This document shows positions 1 to 9,724 of a stretch of DNA of 64,000 nucleotides, one piece after another (within the stretch, counting starts at the first letter, position 1; every line of letters begins with the position of its first letter). The notes under the pieces were generated by a model. That model was not told the origin of the DNA and searched no databases. It was given only the letters and a program-made list of their open reading frames with translations. The DNA comes from an uncultured delta proteobacterium (GTDB taxonomy: Bacteria; Myxococcota_A; Polyangia; Polyangiales; Polyangiaceae): the NCBI GenBank assembly GCA_963850305.1, contig CAWKKR010000004.1, positions 192,001-256,000 on the forward strand, in the 5' to 3' direction. The position numbers and the translations under genes are program-made.

Positions 1-581
1 GAATTGCCCAGCCAGACGATCGTCAGGGTGACCGGAAAGGCGAGGCTCGCCGTCAGGGCCGGCGTCGGGATCCAGTCGAGGAGCGCGATGACCCCGAGCG
101 CGCCGACGGCGCCCCCGACGAGGTCTGCGGCGTAGACGCGACGGAACGATTCACCCTCGGCTTCGATCAACAGGGCCACGGCGGCGGTGCCGAGCGCCAG
201 GAAAGGCGCGGTCAGGCACACGATCGCGAGGGGCAGCGTGTGTTCGAGGTCCGGCGATCCAAACTGGAGGAGCACGGCGACGGACGCGGGAACGAGCGGG
301 GCTGCGATCAGCAAAGCGCGCACCGGAGTACGCGCACTCGGCGGTCGGAGAATCAGCCACGCGCCGGGAAGGCCCACGCCCAGCATGGCCGCCGAAAGCA
401 CGAGGAACACCATGTGAAAATCGACGACGACGCTCAGGATCCGGGTGAACGCGATCTGCAGGGCGAGCAGCGTCGCCGAGACGAGCGAGACCGCGATCTG
501 GAGGCGTACCGTGGTCCGCTGCGATGTCAGGGTACGCGCGGCCCCCGCGCCGACCTCCGGCGCGCCGTCGATGATGGGCAT
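1..581 (-). CDS. Multi-TM membrane protein, N-terminus of the spermidine-synthase-like membrane family (partial, runs off window)
   Basis: Manual translation from ATG 581: ...LQIAVSLVSATLLALQIAFTRILSVVVDFHMVFLVLSAAMLGVG...RVYAADLVGGAVGAL; open to position 1. Confidence 0.65.
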   Translation of the reverse strand, partial: MPIIDGAPEVGAGAARTLTSQRTTVRLQIAVSLVSATLLALQIAFTRILSVVVDFHMVFLVLSAAMLGVGLPGAWLILRPPSARTPVRALLIAAPLVPASVAVLLQFGSPDLEHTLPLAIVCLTAPFLALGTAAVALLIEAEGESFRRVYAADLVGGAVGALGVIALLDWIPTPALTASLAFPVTLTIVWLGN

Positions 582-590
582 GAGAACGAA

Positions 591-1538
591 CTACAACACG
601 GAACGAGCGGCGACGGCGAGATAGTCGACGCCCCGCCGTGGGGCCCACGCTACTTCCATACCGGCACCGGTGCGCGAGGACCGAATCTCCGCCGCAACGG
701 CCAGGGCCCGAAATCCGGTGCCCTCCTTTCGACCGACGGCGGCGCGCACCACCGAGCCAGGCGTCAGCTCCGCGAGAGTCACCGTACCGCGTTCGCCTGC
801 GACGCTCACCTCGTGCTCGACACGCTCGGCGCCGGCGCGCGTCGGACGAACCTCCACGAGACGGACGACGAGCGCGGCGCCGTCGGGGACACCCGCCTCG
901 AAATATACGTCGACGGCGTCGTCGCTCCTCCGCGTGAAGACGGCCCGAGGCTCGCTCGGCACAGAAGCGGTCGCGCCCGCGCGCGCCGTGACTGGCTCCG
1001 GATCTTCGGGCGGCACGAGCGTGGGGGCATCCTCGGCCTCGTCCGGCTCGTGCTGGACCGCAGGCTCCGCGGAGGGCCGCGTGCCGCTCGCCCGCTGGCG
1101 CGTGCGCTCCCGTTCGAGCCGCGCGCGGAGCTTCCCGGCCAGCTCGTGCTCCGGCTCTTTCGACAAAACCTCATCGAGCATACCGAGCGCGCGATCGACG
1201 TGTCCCTGCGCGCCGTAGATCTCGGCGAGAGTCACCGTCGCGACGGGGCGCTCGGGTGCATTGAGGGGTTCGTAGCGGACGTCGCCGCGAATGAGCGCGG
1301 CCGCGTCCGGCAAATTCAGACCGCGCTCGACGGCGCTCGCCAGCAAATCACGCGCAACGCCGAGCCAGCCTCGGACTTTCTTTCGTTCGACGGGGTTCGG
1401 CGTCCCCAGGCGGAGCACTTCATCGACGAGCTCCACGCGCGTCATCACCTCGGGGCGGCGGACGCCGGTACGCCGCGCCTCCGCCAGGAGTGCGTCGCGA
1501 GCGAGATTTTCGAGAGCGGCGCGATCCACGGCGCTCAT
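591..1538 (-). CDS. Hypothetical protein: Rho-N-like helical N-terminus, one TPR, acidic/Pro linker, beta-rich C-terminus
   Basis: 315 aa; TPR-like TLAEIYGAQGHVDRALGMLDEVL; ATGA overlap with upstream aminotransferase. Confidence 0.6.
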   Translation of the reverse strand: MSAVDRAALENLARDALLAEARRTGVRRPEVMTRVELVDEVLRLGTPNPVERKKVRGWLGVARDLLASAVERGLNLPDAAALIRGDVRYEPLNAPERPVATVTLAEIYGAQGHVDRALGMLDEVLSKEPEHELAGKLRARLERERTRQRASGTRPSAEPAVQHEPDEAEDAPTLVPPEDPEPVTARAGATASVPSEPRAVFTRRSDDAVDVYFEAGVPDGAALVVRLVEVRPTRAGAERVEHEVSVAGERGTVTLAELTPGSVVRAAVGRKEGTGFRALAVAAEIRSSRTGAGMEVAWAPRRGVDYLAVAARSVL

Positions 1539-2806
1539 GCTTTGCTCTTCGCGTCCGCGATCGATGTCTCGAGACGATCACATGCCGTCTCGAGGACGCG
1601 CCGAGGAGGTCCGAACGAGAACCGCGCGTACTCGTTGAAGCGGGAGCTTTGCGCACCCCGTCGCTTGCCCGGATTAACATCGAAGAACTGCCCGGGCACG
1701 GTGATGACCTTGTACTCGAGCGCGGCCCGGAACAGCTCCATTCCATCCCCGAGCGGCGCGGGCAGGTTCGAGAGCTTTCCCCAGACGTAAAAGGTGCCCT
1801 CGGGTTCGACGTCGACCCCGATGCCCATCGCCTTCAATCGCTTCAGGAGATAGTCGCGCTTTTCACCGAAGGCTCGCACGATGGCGCGCGTCTCCCGCGC
1901 CGTACATTCCTCGTCGAGGAGCGGCACGGCCACACGCTGGAGCGGCGCGCTCCCGCCGCCGTCGAGAAACGATCCCGCGCTGCTTGCCGCCTCGATGACG
2001 CTCTTCGGGCCCACGGTCCACGAGACGCGCCACCCGGGGTACCGCCAGTTCTTCGTGAGACCATCGATGATCACGACGGGATCGCGGTCCACGTCGTCGA
2101 CATAACGGGCGGCGCTCTCCACTGGCAGAGCGTCCCCCCGGGACGTCCAGATGTAATGGGAGTAGAACTCATCGAGGATGAGCGTGCAATCGAGCTCGCG
2201 AGCGACGCGCGTGAACCCCGCGAGATCGTCGCCGCGAACGTGCTTGCCCGTCGGATTACAGGGGTTCGACATGAGGATCGCCGACAGGCCGCGGCCGCGG
2301 ACCTCGCGACGGAGATCATCGGGACTGAAGGCGTACCCTCGGTCCCCCTCGAGCAAGATCGGAATCGCCGTGAACGCGCGAAAGATCGAGAGCAGCTCCT
2401 CGTACGCCGTGTAGTCGGGAAGAAAGTGCCCGAGATTGACGGTGCCGATGCTGGCGGCAACGCGCGTGAGCGCTGCTCGTCCGCCGCCCGAGATGCTGAC
2501 GTTCTCGGCGGAGTATCGCGACTTCATTCCGCGCCGGTACAGCCGGTTATAAAGCTCCGCGACCGCCTCGCGGAGCTCCCAGAGACCCGGCACGGGAGCG
2601 TATTCCTGGTCCGCAGGGTCGATCTCGATTGCGCGAACGCGGGGTGGCGCACCCGCGAGCTCTCCCGTTTCCGGCTGTCCCTGACCAAGGTTGCACCATT
2701 CCGGATCGCGCGCGGAGTAGCCGTGACGGACCGCCTCGGCCGTCACGAAGATCACTCCGGTGCGAGGAACCGCGCGAAACGCCGTCACGTTGTGGTCGCC
2801 CGACAC
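1535..2806 (-). CDS. PLP-dependent aminotransferase class I/II
   Basis: NLGQGQP, SNPCNPTG, LDEFY, DGLTKNWRYPGWRV motifs. Confidence 0.92.
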   Translation of the reverse strand: MSGDHNVTAFRAVPRTGVIFVTAEAVRHGYSARDPEWCNLGQGQPETGELAGAPPRVRAIEIDPADQEYAPVPGLWELREAVAELYNRLYRRGMKSRYSAENVSISGGGRAALTRVAASIGTVNLGHFLPDYTAYEELLSIFRAFTAIPILLEGDRGYAFSPDDLRREVRGRGLSAILMSNPCNPTGKHVRGDDLAGFTRVARELDCTLILDEFYSHYIWTSRGDALPVESAARYVDDVDRDPVVIIDGLTKNWRYPGWRVSWTVGPKSVIEAASSAGSFLDGGGSAPLQRVAVPLLDEECTARETRAIVRAFGEKRDYLLKRLKAMGIGVDVEPEGTFYVWGKLSNLPAPLGDGMELFRAALEYKVITVPGQFFDVNPGKRRGAQSSRFNEYARFSFGPPRRVLETACDRLETSIADAKSKA

Positions 2807-2863
2807 GCGCGCGAGGCTAGCACCGCCGTGACGGAGCGTCAGGGGCGTCCGTCGAAAAACCGC

Positions 2864-3898
2864 TCAAAACCACGCGGGAAGCGCGGCATCGTCGCCTTCG
2901 CATCGGGACGTGACGACGCGGGCCGTTTCTATGTCGGTGCGGATCTGGCTGACGAGCGCTTCCACGGAGGGGAATTTTTTCTCGTCGCGGACGCGTTCCA
3001 GCAAGTGAAGGCGCAGGCGCTCGCCATAAAGATCGGCGTCGAAATCATGCAAATGCACCTCCACGCTGAAGCCTGCGTCTACCGTGGGCCGATTGCCGAT
3101 GTTCGCGACCCCCGTGCCGAGCCGGGTGCCCAGGCCATCCGCGTCCAGGCGATCGACGACGCATGCGTACACGCCGAACGCCGGAAGCGCCTCGACCACG
3201 GCGGAGAGGTTCGCCGTGGGCACACCGATTTTTCGACCGCGTCCGTCACCGCGAACCACCCTGCCAGAGAGCGCGTGCGGCCGTCCCAGTAGATGCGCCG
3301 CACCGCGAACGTCCCCCTCCCCGATCCGCTCGCGGATACGACTCGAGGAGTAGGCGCCCGCGTCGTCTCCCGCGAGCGCCTGGGCGCGCGCCATGAATCC
3401 GAGCTTCCGCCCGAGCATCTCCAGCATCGGCAGATCGCCCTCGCGATCGCGGCCGAAGCGAAAGTTCTGTCCGACCACGACTACCTTTGCTCCCAGGGCC
3501 TGCACGAGCAGGCGCTCTGCGAAGTCGGCGGGGGTCGTGGCGGCGAGCTCGCGCGTGAACGGCTCGACGACAACCGTGAGCCCGGGATCGAAGCGCGCGA
3601 GGAGCTCCGTCTTCCGGTCGAGCGGCGTGAGCACCGGCTGTCGTCCGCGACCGAGCACTTCGGCCGGGTGCGGGTCGAACGTGAGCACGACCAGCGACAG
3701 CCCCTTCGCCTCCGCCTCGGCCCGCGCGGATTCGAGCACGGCGCGGTGCCCGAGGTGTACGCCGTCGAAGTTGCCGATCGCGACGAGCGTGAACCCCGCC
3801 CTCGCGAGCGAGTTTGCACCATCGACGCGACGGCTCGAGGGCGGTTCGCGACTCGACGGCGGATTCTTGCCGCTTTCGGACGGTTCGCGCTTCGACAC
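2864..3898 (-). CDS. ribF: Bifunctional riboflavin kinase/FAD synthetase
   Basis: IGNFDGVHLGH, TFDPHP, GRKIGVPTAN, NIGNRPT, EVHL motifs. Confidence 0.97.
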   Translation of the reverse strand: MSKREPSESGKNPPSSREPPSSRRVDGANSLARAGFTLVAIGNFDGVHLGHRAVLESARAEAEAKGLSLVVLTFDPHPAEVLGRGRQPVLTPLDRKTELLARFDPGLTVVVEPFTRELAATTPADFAERLLVQALGAKVVVVGQNFRFGRDREGDLPMLEMLGRKLGFMARAQALAGDDAGAYSSSRIRERIGEGDVRGAAHLLGRPHALSGRVVRGDGRGRKIGVPTANLSAVVEALPAFGVYACVVDRLDADGLGTRLGTGVANIGNRPTVDAGFSVEVHLHDFDADLYGERLRLHLLERVRDEKKFPSVEALVSQIRTDIETARVVTSRCEGDDAALPAWF

Positions 3899-3991
3899 CA
3901 GGGAAGCCGTCTTCTACTACGGCGCGCGCGCGCAGGCCAAGGTGTGCGGCTTGCGGCGAGAGTCCGCCGGACATAGACAGCGAGTGACCCG

Positions 3992-5092
3992 ATGACGCCC
4001 GAGCAAGCCGTAACGGAGGCCACTCGAGCCGAGCTCCGGCCGGTGTACCTCGTTCACGGAGAGGAACGGTACCTGTCGTCACTCGTGATGGCGGAGCTCC
4101 GCAAGGCTGCCGTGGGCGGCGGCGCACCCGGGCTGAACGAGGATCAGTTCGACGCCGCGAGCTCGGGCGCGGACGTCGTGCTCGCGGCGGCGCGCACCCT
4201 CCCGATGATGGCGAAGCGACGCCTCGTAGTGGTGCGCTCGATCGAAAAGTGGGAGCCGAGGGGCGAGGCGAAGCCCGAGACGAAGACGGACGCGAAGGGC
4301 CGCGTGACCTCGCTCGACCGCGTGGCAGAATACGCCGCAAACCCATCGCCGACGACGACGCTCGTCCTCGTGTCGGGAAAGCTCGACGCGCGACGAAGAC
4401 TCGTCGTGCTCGCGAAGAAGGACGGCTTCATAGTCGAATGCGACACGCCCCCGCGTAACGCGCTGCCCACGTGGCTTTCGCGCCGCGCCAAGACCCGCGG
4501 AAAGACGCTCGCGCCAGGGGTCGGCGACTTGCTCGCGGAAATTGCCGGACCGGAACTGGCGCGGCTGGACGACGCGATCGAGCGACTCTCACTCTTCGTG
4601 GGTGATGAAGCGGAGATCGGAGAGGACGCCGTCGCCGAGGCGCTCGTCGGTGTGAAGCCGTCGAGCGTGTGGGAACTCGTCGGCGCCGTGGGGCGGCGAG
4701 ACCTCGGGGGCGCGCTTGCCTCGCTCGCTCGCATTTACGATCCGAAGGATCGCGGCCTGCCGCTCCTGGGCACGCTGGCGTGGTCGATGCGACAGCTCGT
4801 CAAGTTCCACGGGGCGACCTCGCGCGGACTTTCGCCACCGGATGCCGCCAAATTCGCCGGCGCACCTCCCTTCAAGGCCACGGAGCTCGCCTCGCAGGTA
4901 AAACAGTTCAGTGGACGCGACCTCGAGCGATGGCTCCTCATCCTCGCCGAGATGGACCTTTCGCTGAAGGGCGGGTCGAAGCGGCCCCCGCTCGCCGTCC
5001 TGGAAGCGTCGCTCATGACCTTGTGCAGCGGAAAACGGGGCGGGCGCTCCCAGCGAGGCGGCCGGAGCGAGGCGCGCACGTCCGCCCGCTGA
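3992..5092 (+). CDS. holA: DNA polymerase III subunit delta
   Basis: PVYLVHGEERYL, ARTLPMMAKRRLVVV, DLSLKGG; typical length. Confidence 0.9.
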   Translation: MTPEQAVTEATRAELRPVYLVHGEERYLSSLVMAELRKAAVGGGAPGLNEDQFDAASSGADVVLAAARTLPMMAKRRLVVVRSIEKWEPRGEAKPETKTDAKGRVTSLDRVAEYAANPSPTTTLVLVSGKLDARRRLVVLAKKDGFIVECDTPPRNALPTWLSRRAKTRGKTLAPGVGDLLAEIAGPELARLDDAIERLSLFVGDEAEIGEDAVAEALVGVKPSSVWELVGAVGRRDLGGALASLARIYDPKDRGLPLLGTLAWSMRQLVKFHGATSRGLSPPDAAKFAGAPPFKATELASQVKQFSGRDLERWLLILAEMDLSLKGGSKRPPLAVLEASLMTLCSGKRGGRSQRGGRSEARTSAR

Positions 5093-5197
5093 GGGCCAAG
5101 AGTGCGGGCTTGACGCGCCTCGAGCGGCCTTGACCGAGAGTGGGCAGAGCCCCATTTGTGAGGTAGTGTCGACACCGCTCGGCAAAGTGAAGATGGA

Positions 5198-5926
5198 ATG
5201 ATTGGAATCGGTACCGGCACCTCGCGGGCTCAAACCCCCATGAAACGCCTCGAGCCCCTCGCCAAAGCGCCGCTTCCCACGGAATTCGGGGTGTTTCAGC
5301 TCCATGTTTTTCGGTGGGATGATCCGGAGGCGCACCCGGCCCTCTCGAACGAACACCTGGCACTCGTGATGGGGGACGTGAGGGGTGCGCGCGGAGTCGC
5401 GCTCCGCGTTCACTCGGAGTGCCTGACGAGCGAGGTGTTCGGCTCGCTCAAGTGCGATTGCCGGCAGCAGCTCGAGCAAGCACAGGCCGAAGTGGCGCGG
5501 CGAGGGATCGGGGTCGTTCTTTACCTACGTCAAGAAGGACGAGGCATCGGCCTCGCCAACAAGATCCGCGCGTACGCACTGCAGGAACTGGGCGCCAATA
5601 CGATCGAAGCCAACCGGCTCCTTCATCTACCCGTCGACGCGCGCCAGTACGACGTCGCCGCGGCCATGATTCGTTCGCTCGGGATCGAATCCGTGGAGCT
5701 CCTGACGAACAACCCGGGGAAGCTGGAAGCGCTACGCGATCTCGGCATCCTCGTCGATCGGCGATTACCGGTGCTGGTGGAACCCAATCGATACTCTGCG
5801 AGCTACCTCGACGTGAAGCGCCGGGAGATGCAACACGAGATCCCGAGCGACGTCGCGAATATCCGCCCCGATGGGGATGAGCAAGCAAACGCGCCCGGAG
5901 CTTCCCGCAAAGCCTCCGGGGACTAG
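5198..5926 (+). CDS. ribA: GTP cyclohydrolase II (alternative start 5240)
   Basis: RVHSECLTSEVFGSLKCDC, YLRQEGRGIGL, LLTNNPGK. Confidence 0.96.
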   Translation: MIGIGTGTSRAQTPMKRLEPLAKAPLPTEFGVFQLHVFRWDDPEAHPALSNEHLALVMGDVRGARGVALRVHSECLTSEVFGSLKCDCRQQLEQAQAEVARRGIGVVLYLRQEGRGIGLANKIRAYALQELGANTIEANRLLHLPVDARQYDVAAAMIRSLGIESVELLTNNPGKLEALRDLGILVDRRLPVLVEPNRYSASYLDVKRREMQHEIPSDVANIRPDGDEQANAPGASRKASGD

Positions 5927-5940
5927 ACCGGCGCGGAAAG

Positions 5941-7341
5941 TCATTTTTTCTCGTTCGCGGCGAGGCGGCTCCTGAGGCGCGACGCGTAGCCGATCTTGTT
6001 CTCCTGCTTGGTGCGGCCAATGGCTAGCGCGTCGTCGGGGACATCTCTGGTGATGGTGGTGCCGGTGGCCACGTATGCGCCCTTGCCAATCCTGACGGGC
6101 GCGACGAGCTGCGAATCGCTACCGATGAACGCCCCTTCCTCGATGACGGTCGTGTGCTTGGAGAAGCCGTCGTAGTTGCAGAAGATCGTACCGGCGCCCA
6201 CGTTCGCCCCCGCGCCGATCTCGCCGTCACCCAGGTACGCGAGGTGATTTGCCTTCGCACCCTTGCCGACGTGCGTCTTCTTGGTCTCGACGAAATTGCC
6301 GATGTGCGCCTCTTCCTCGACGTGGCTGCCGGGTCGCAGATTGGCAAACGGGCCGATCCGAGCGCGCGCCCCGACGGAGCTCTCGGTGACGATGCTGTAC
6401 GGCTTGAGAACGGCCGCGGCGCCAATCGTAGAATCGACAACGACCGAACCGGTGTCGACGACGGCGCCAGCCTCGATCGTCGTCCGACCACGCAGATGGA
6501 CGTTGGATTCGATGAGCGCGTCTTCACCGATCGTCACGGCGTCGTCGATGCGAGCGGTTCCGCGAACGGTGACCCCCGCGTGACGGTGGCGCTCCGCGAC
6601 GCGGGCGAATACGGATTCTTCGACGAACGAAAGCTGGGCGCGATCATTCACCCCGACGAGCGCGTCGCCGCTGCCCTTCACGGCAATCGCACCCCCGCGG
6701 CCGACCGCAAACGCCACGACGTCCGTCAGATAATATTCACCTTGAGCGTTGTCCGTCGTGAGCGTCGCGAGCCCGGCTCGCAGCGCGTCCGCGCGCGCCG
6801 CGTAGATCCCGGCATTCACCTCGTGGAGCTCCTGGCGCGCTTCCGGCGAGAGATCCCGATCCTCGCGCACGCAGGTGACGCCGCCGGATGCGTCGCGGAG
6901 CACGCGCCCGTAGCCCCGGGGATCGTCGAGTTCCGCGGAGAGCAATGCGAGCGCCGCCTTCTCGCTGGCGAGCGCATCGAGCAGGCTGCGAAGGTCCGCC
7001 GGGCGCACGAGCGGCGTGTCGCCGCCGAGAATGAGTACCCGGTCCGACGCCGACTCGACCGCGTCCAGCGCGGTACGAGCCGCGTCCCCGGTGCCACGCG
7101 GCTCCGCCTGAACGACCGTCCTTACGCGACGGCCGGAAAGCGCCTCGGCGGCGTGTCGCTCGATCGCAGACCGCGCGTCCGCGCTGACCACCACGACCAC
7201 TTCCTCGGCACCGGCGTCGAGCGACGCCACGATCGGATAGTGAACGAGGGGACGCCCGGCGACACGGTGGAGGACCTTCGGGATCGCACTCCTCATGCGC
7301 TTCCCACGACCTGCGGCCAGAACGACGGCCAAAAATCCCAT
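5941..7341 (-). CDS. glmU: Bifunctional UDP-GlcNAc pyrophosphorylase/GlcN-1-P acetyltransferase
   Basis: VLAAGRGKRMRS, GYGRV, NAQGEYYLTD, GNFVETKK, HLAYLGD, hexapeptide repeats; start set at MGFLAVV. Confidence 0.97.
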   Translation of the reverse strand: MGFLAVVLAAGRGKRMRSAIPKVLHRVAGRPLVHYPIVASLDAGAEEVVVVVSADARSAIERHAAEALSGRRVRTVVQAEPRGTGDAARTALDAVESASDRVLILGGDTPLVRPADLRSLLDALASEKAALALLSAELDDPRGYGRVLRDASGGVTCVREDRDLSPEARQELHEVNAGIYAARADALRAGLATLTTDNAQGEYYLTDVVAFAVGRGGAIAVKGSGDALVGVNDRAQLSFVEESVFARVAERHRHAGVTVRGTARIDDAVTIGEDALIESNVHLRGRTTIEAGAVVDTGSVVVDSTIGAAAVLKPYSIVTESSVGARARIGPFANLRPGSHVEEEAHIGNFVETKKTHVGKGAKANHLAYLGDGEIGAGANVGAGTIFCNYDGFSKHTTVIEEGAFIGSDSQLVAPVRIGKGAYVATGTTITRDVPDDALAIGRTKQENKIGYASRLRSRLAANEKK

Positions 7342-7360
7342 GTATCTCTCTTCGATCTGT

Positions 7361-9688
7361 TCAGTGGAGCGGGGCGACGCCACGCGGGAGAGCGTCGCGA
7401 AGGTCGCTCGTTGGAAGATCTGCCGTCGCGGAGGGAAGCGCGTCGGGGAAAGGAGCATCGATCGCGGAGAGCTCTCGCGCAAGGTCGCGGGGCGACGCGC
7501 CAGATGACTCGACTTCGGTCTTCGCGTAAACGACGAGCTTTTCCCCGGGGCTCACGGCCTTCCTCGCGGAAATTCGATTGACACGCTCCATCATCCCCGT
7601 GCTCATTCCGTAGCGCTTGCCCACGGATGCCAGCGTGTCGCCTTTCTTCGCCACGACGGTCATTCGTTTCCTGCCATCCTGTCCCTCGAAGTAATCGAAG
7701 AATTCCTCCGTGCCCGCGATGAGCACGCGCGCATCGCGCTCCGGAAGATACCGCACCCTCGAAAGATCGGCGGCCGGCCGGACGTAGATCTGCAGGGTCA
7801 TGCCCGGCTGCAGATGTGCCGATTCATCGAGGGCGTTCCAGCGCACGACGTCGGACAGGGCGACACCGAACTCTGCGGCGACGTCCGACGCGCTATCACC
7901 CTCGATCACGCGATAAAATACCCGCTTTCGCGACGGTTCGACGAACCTCCGCGACGGTACGATGACGACCTCTTCCTCTGCAGGCTCCCGGAGCGTGCCG
8001 CTGGCGGACGGCACCATGAGAAGTACGCTCCCAGGGCTGAGACGCTCGTCCTGGGAGATGTGGTTCGCCTGCGACAACTCGCGCACCGTCGTGTCGTGCT
8101 CGGCGGCGATCGAGGCGAGGGTGTCGCCGAATTTGACCGTGAGCGGTTCGAGCAACCGACCCTCGTGGCGCGGCTCTTCCGCCAGCCGCTGCTCGGCCAG
8201 GAGCCCGCGCCCCGACGGAACACGCACCGGCCAGGTGCGAGGAGCAGACCCCGGCGGAGGCGTGCGCCCGGTGAGATATTGCGGGTTCAACGAGACGACG
8301 TCTGGCAAAGGCACGTCCGCCGCGCGGGCGATGCTCGCCAGCTCCACGTTCGGGTTGACCGACACCGTATCGAAGCTCATCGGGGGATCCTCTTCGACGT
8401 CGTCCAGACCGAACGCCTTCTTGTTGGCCATCACGATGGCCGTGGCGAGGATCTTCGGAACGTAGAGCGTCGTCTCCCAAGGCAAGCCTGCTTCGTACCG
8501 GGACAGAGCCCAGAAGTCGTTCGTATTGAACTTGCGTACGGCGCGCAGGAGTCCGCCGTGGCCCATGTTGTAAGCCGCCATCGCCAGATCCCAGCTACCG
8601 AACCGCGCGCGCAGATCGGCGAGATAACGCACGGCCGCCTCGGTCGAGCGTTCCGGATCGAGACGTTCGTCGACCCAGCGATCGACGGTCAGACCGTACA
8701 TGCGCGCCGATTCCGGGATGAATTGCCAAAGCCCGGCGGCGCCGGCACGCGAGACGATCGTCGGATTGTGACCGCTCTCGATGAGCGAGAGCCACACGAG
8801 GTCCGTCGGGAGTCCGGCCTTCGCGAGCTCGGCCTTGAGCGCCGGGACGAGTCTGCCGCACTTTTTCACCCAGGTCCTGAGGATGCTCTTCCCGCGCGGG
8901 TCATCCCGATAAAACTCGAGGTATTTCACGACGCGTTCGTCGAGTCGCGTCGGCAGATTGGGCATCGTCAGAGACCTGAGCCAGGCGGCTTCCTTGGCGG
9001 CCGTGTCGGACTCGCCCGATACGAGCGGCAGCGACGAAGGAAGGCCCGTGGCCTCCACCGTCGGCGTGTCCTCGTCGTCGGTGGGGGCGGGCAGATCCCA
9101 CGACCAGCCCGTCTTCGCCCCCACGAGTGGCTTCGGGAAGAGTACACGCTCCGCTTGCGATAGTTCCTCCAGCTCCGGGTCGCTCTTCGTGATGGCCACG
9201 TCGTCGACGGGGCCGCCCGCGATCAAACGCCGCGCCTCGTCGTCGGGATGCGCTTCGGGGACGCCCAGCGGCAGCGTGGGGCTGGGCTGTTTCGGCGCAT
9301 GCCCGATCTTGTGCCGTCGCGACGTTCGCTCCGAAACCGGTGGAGCGGAGGCGGCCTTCGCTGCCGTCTCCGACGACGGACGATGTGACACCCGGCGCGC
9401 GCCTTGACCCGGGCCTGGTCCTAGCGGCCCAGGGACAGCGCTCTCGGCTCGGCCGGGCATGGCTGCCGGAACCTTCGGCCCTTCAGGGTCGTGCGGCACT
9501 TTCTGCTTGGTCGACACCCGGGGGTCCGTGGGGGGCTTCGGAGGAGCTCCTTTGGCGGACGGGACAGCGCCGGGCGACGATGTCGACCCTTCAGACACGC
9601 CCGCCCCGGACTTCGAGCTGGCGCTCGACGCCAGCCCGAGGACGCCGACGACGGTCGCGACGACCCAGACGGTCCGCGCGGAGCGCAT
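7361..9688 (-). CDS. MltD-like membrane-bound lytic transglycosylase with LysM domains
   Basis: Signal peptide, Pro-rich linker, SLT motifs IES...AAGLWQF...AAYNMG...ETTLYV, several LysM repeats (GDTLASIA). Confidence 0.88.
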   Translation of the reverse strand: MRSARTVWVVATVVGVLGLASSASSKSGAGVSEGSTSSPGAVPSAKGAPPKPPTDPRVSTKQKVPHDPEGPKVPAAMPGRAESAVPGPLGPGPGQGARRVSHRPSSETAAKAASAPPVSERTSRRHKIGHAPKQPSPTLPLGVPEAHPDDEARRLIAGGPVDDVAITKSDPELEELSQAERVLFPKPLVGAKTGWSWDLPAPTDDEDTPTVEATGLPSSLPLVSGESDTAAKEAAWLRSLTMPNLPTRLDERVVKYLEFYRDDPRGKSILRTWVKKCGRLVPALKAELAKAGLPTDLVWLSLIESGHNPTIVSRAGAAGLWQFIPESARMYGLTVDRWVDERLDPERSTEAAVRYLADLRARFGSWDLAMAAYNMGHGGLLRAVRKFNTNDFWALSRYEAGLPWETTLYVPKILATAIVMANKKAFGLDDVEEDPPMSFDTVSVNPNVELASIARAADVPLPDVVSLNPQYLTGRTPPPGSAPRTWPVRVPSGRGLLAEQRLAEEPRHEGRLLEPLTVKFGDTLASIAAEHDTTVRELSQANHISQDERLSPGSVLLMVPSASGTLREPAEEEVVIVPSRRFVEPSRKRVFYRVIEGDSASDVAAEFGVALSDVVRWNALDESAHLQPGMTLQIYVRPAADLSRVRYLPERDARVLIAGTEEFFDYFEGQDGRKRMTVVAKKGDTLASVGKRYGMSTGMMERVNRISARKAVSPGEKLVVYAKTEVESSGASPRDLARELSAIDAPFPDALPSATADLPTSDLRDALPRGVAPLH

Positions 9689-9724
9689 CCCCAATGCGTA
9701 ACGAGAGAATCCGCGCAGGTCAAA

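Noticed and set aside
5093..5197. FMN riboswitch upstream of ribA
   Set aside because: None of the conserved RFN sequence blocks is recognisable
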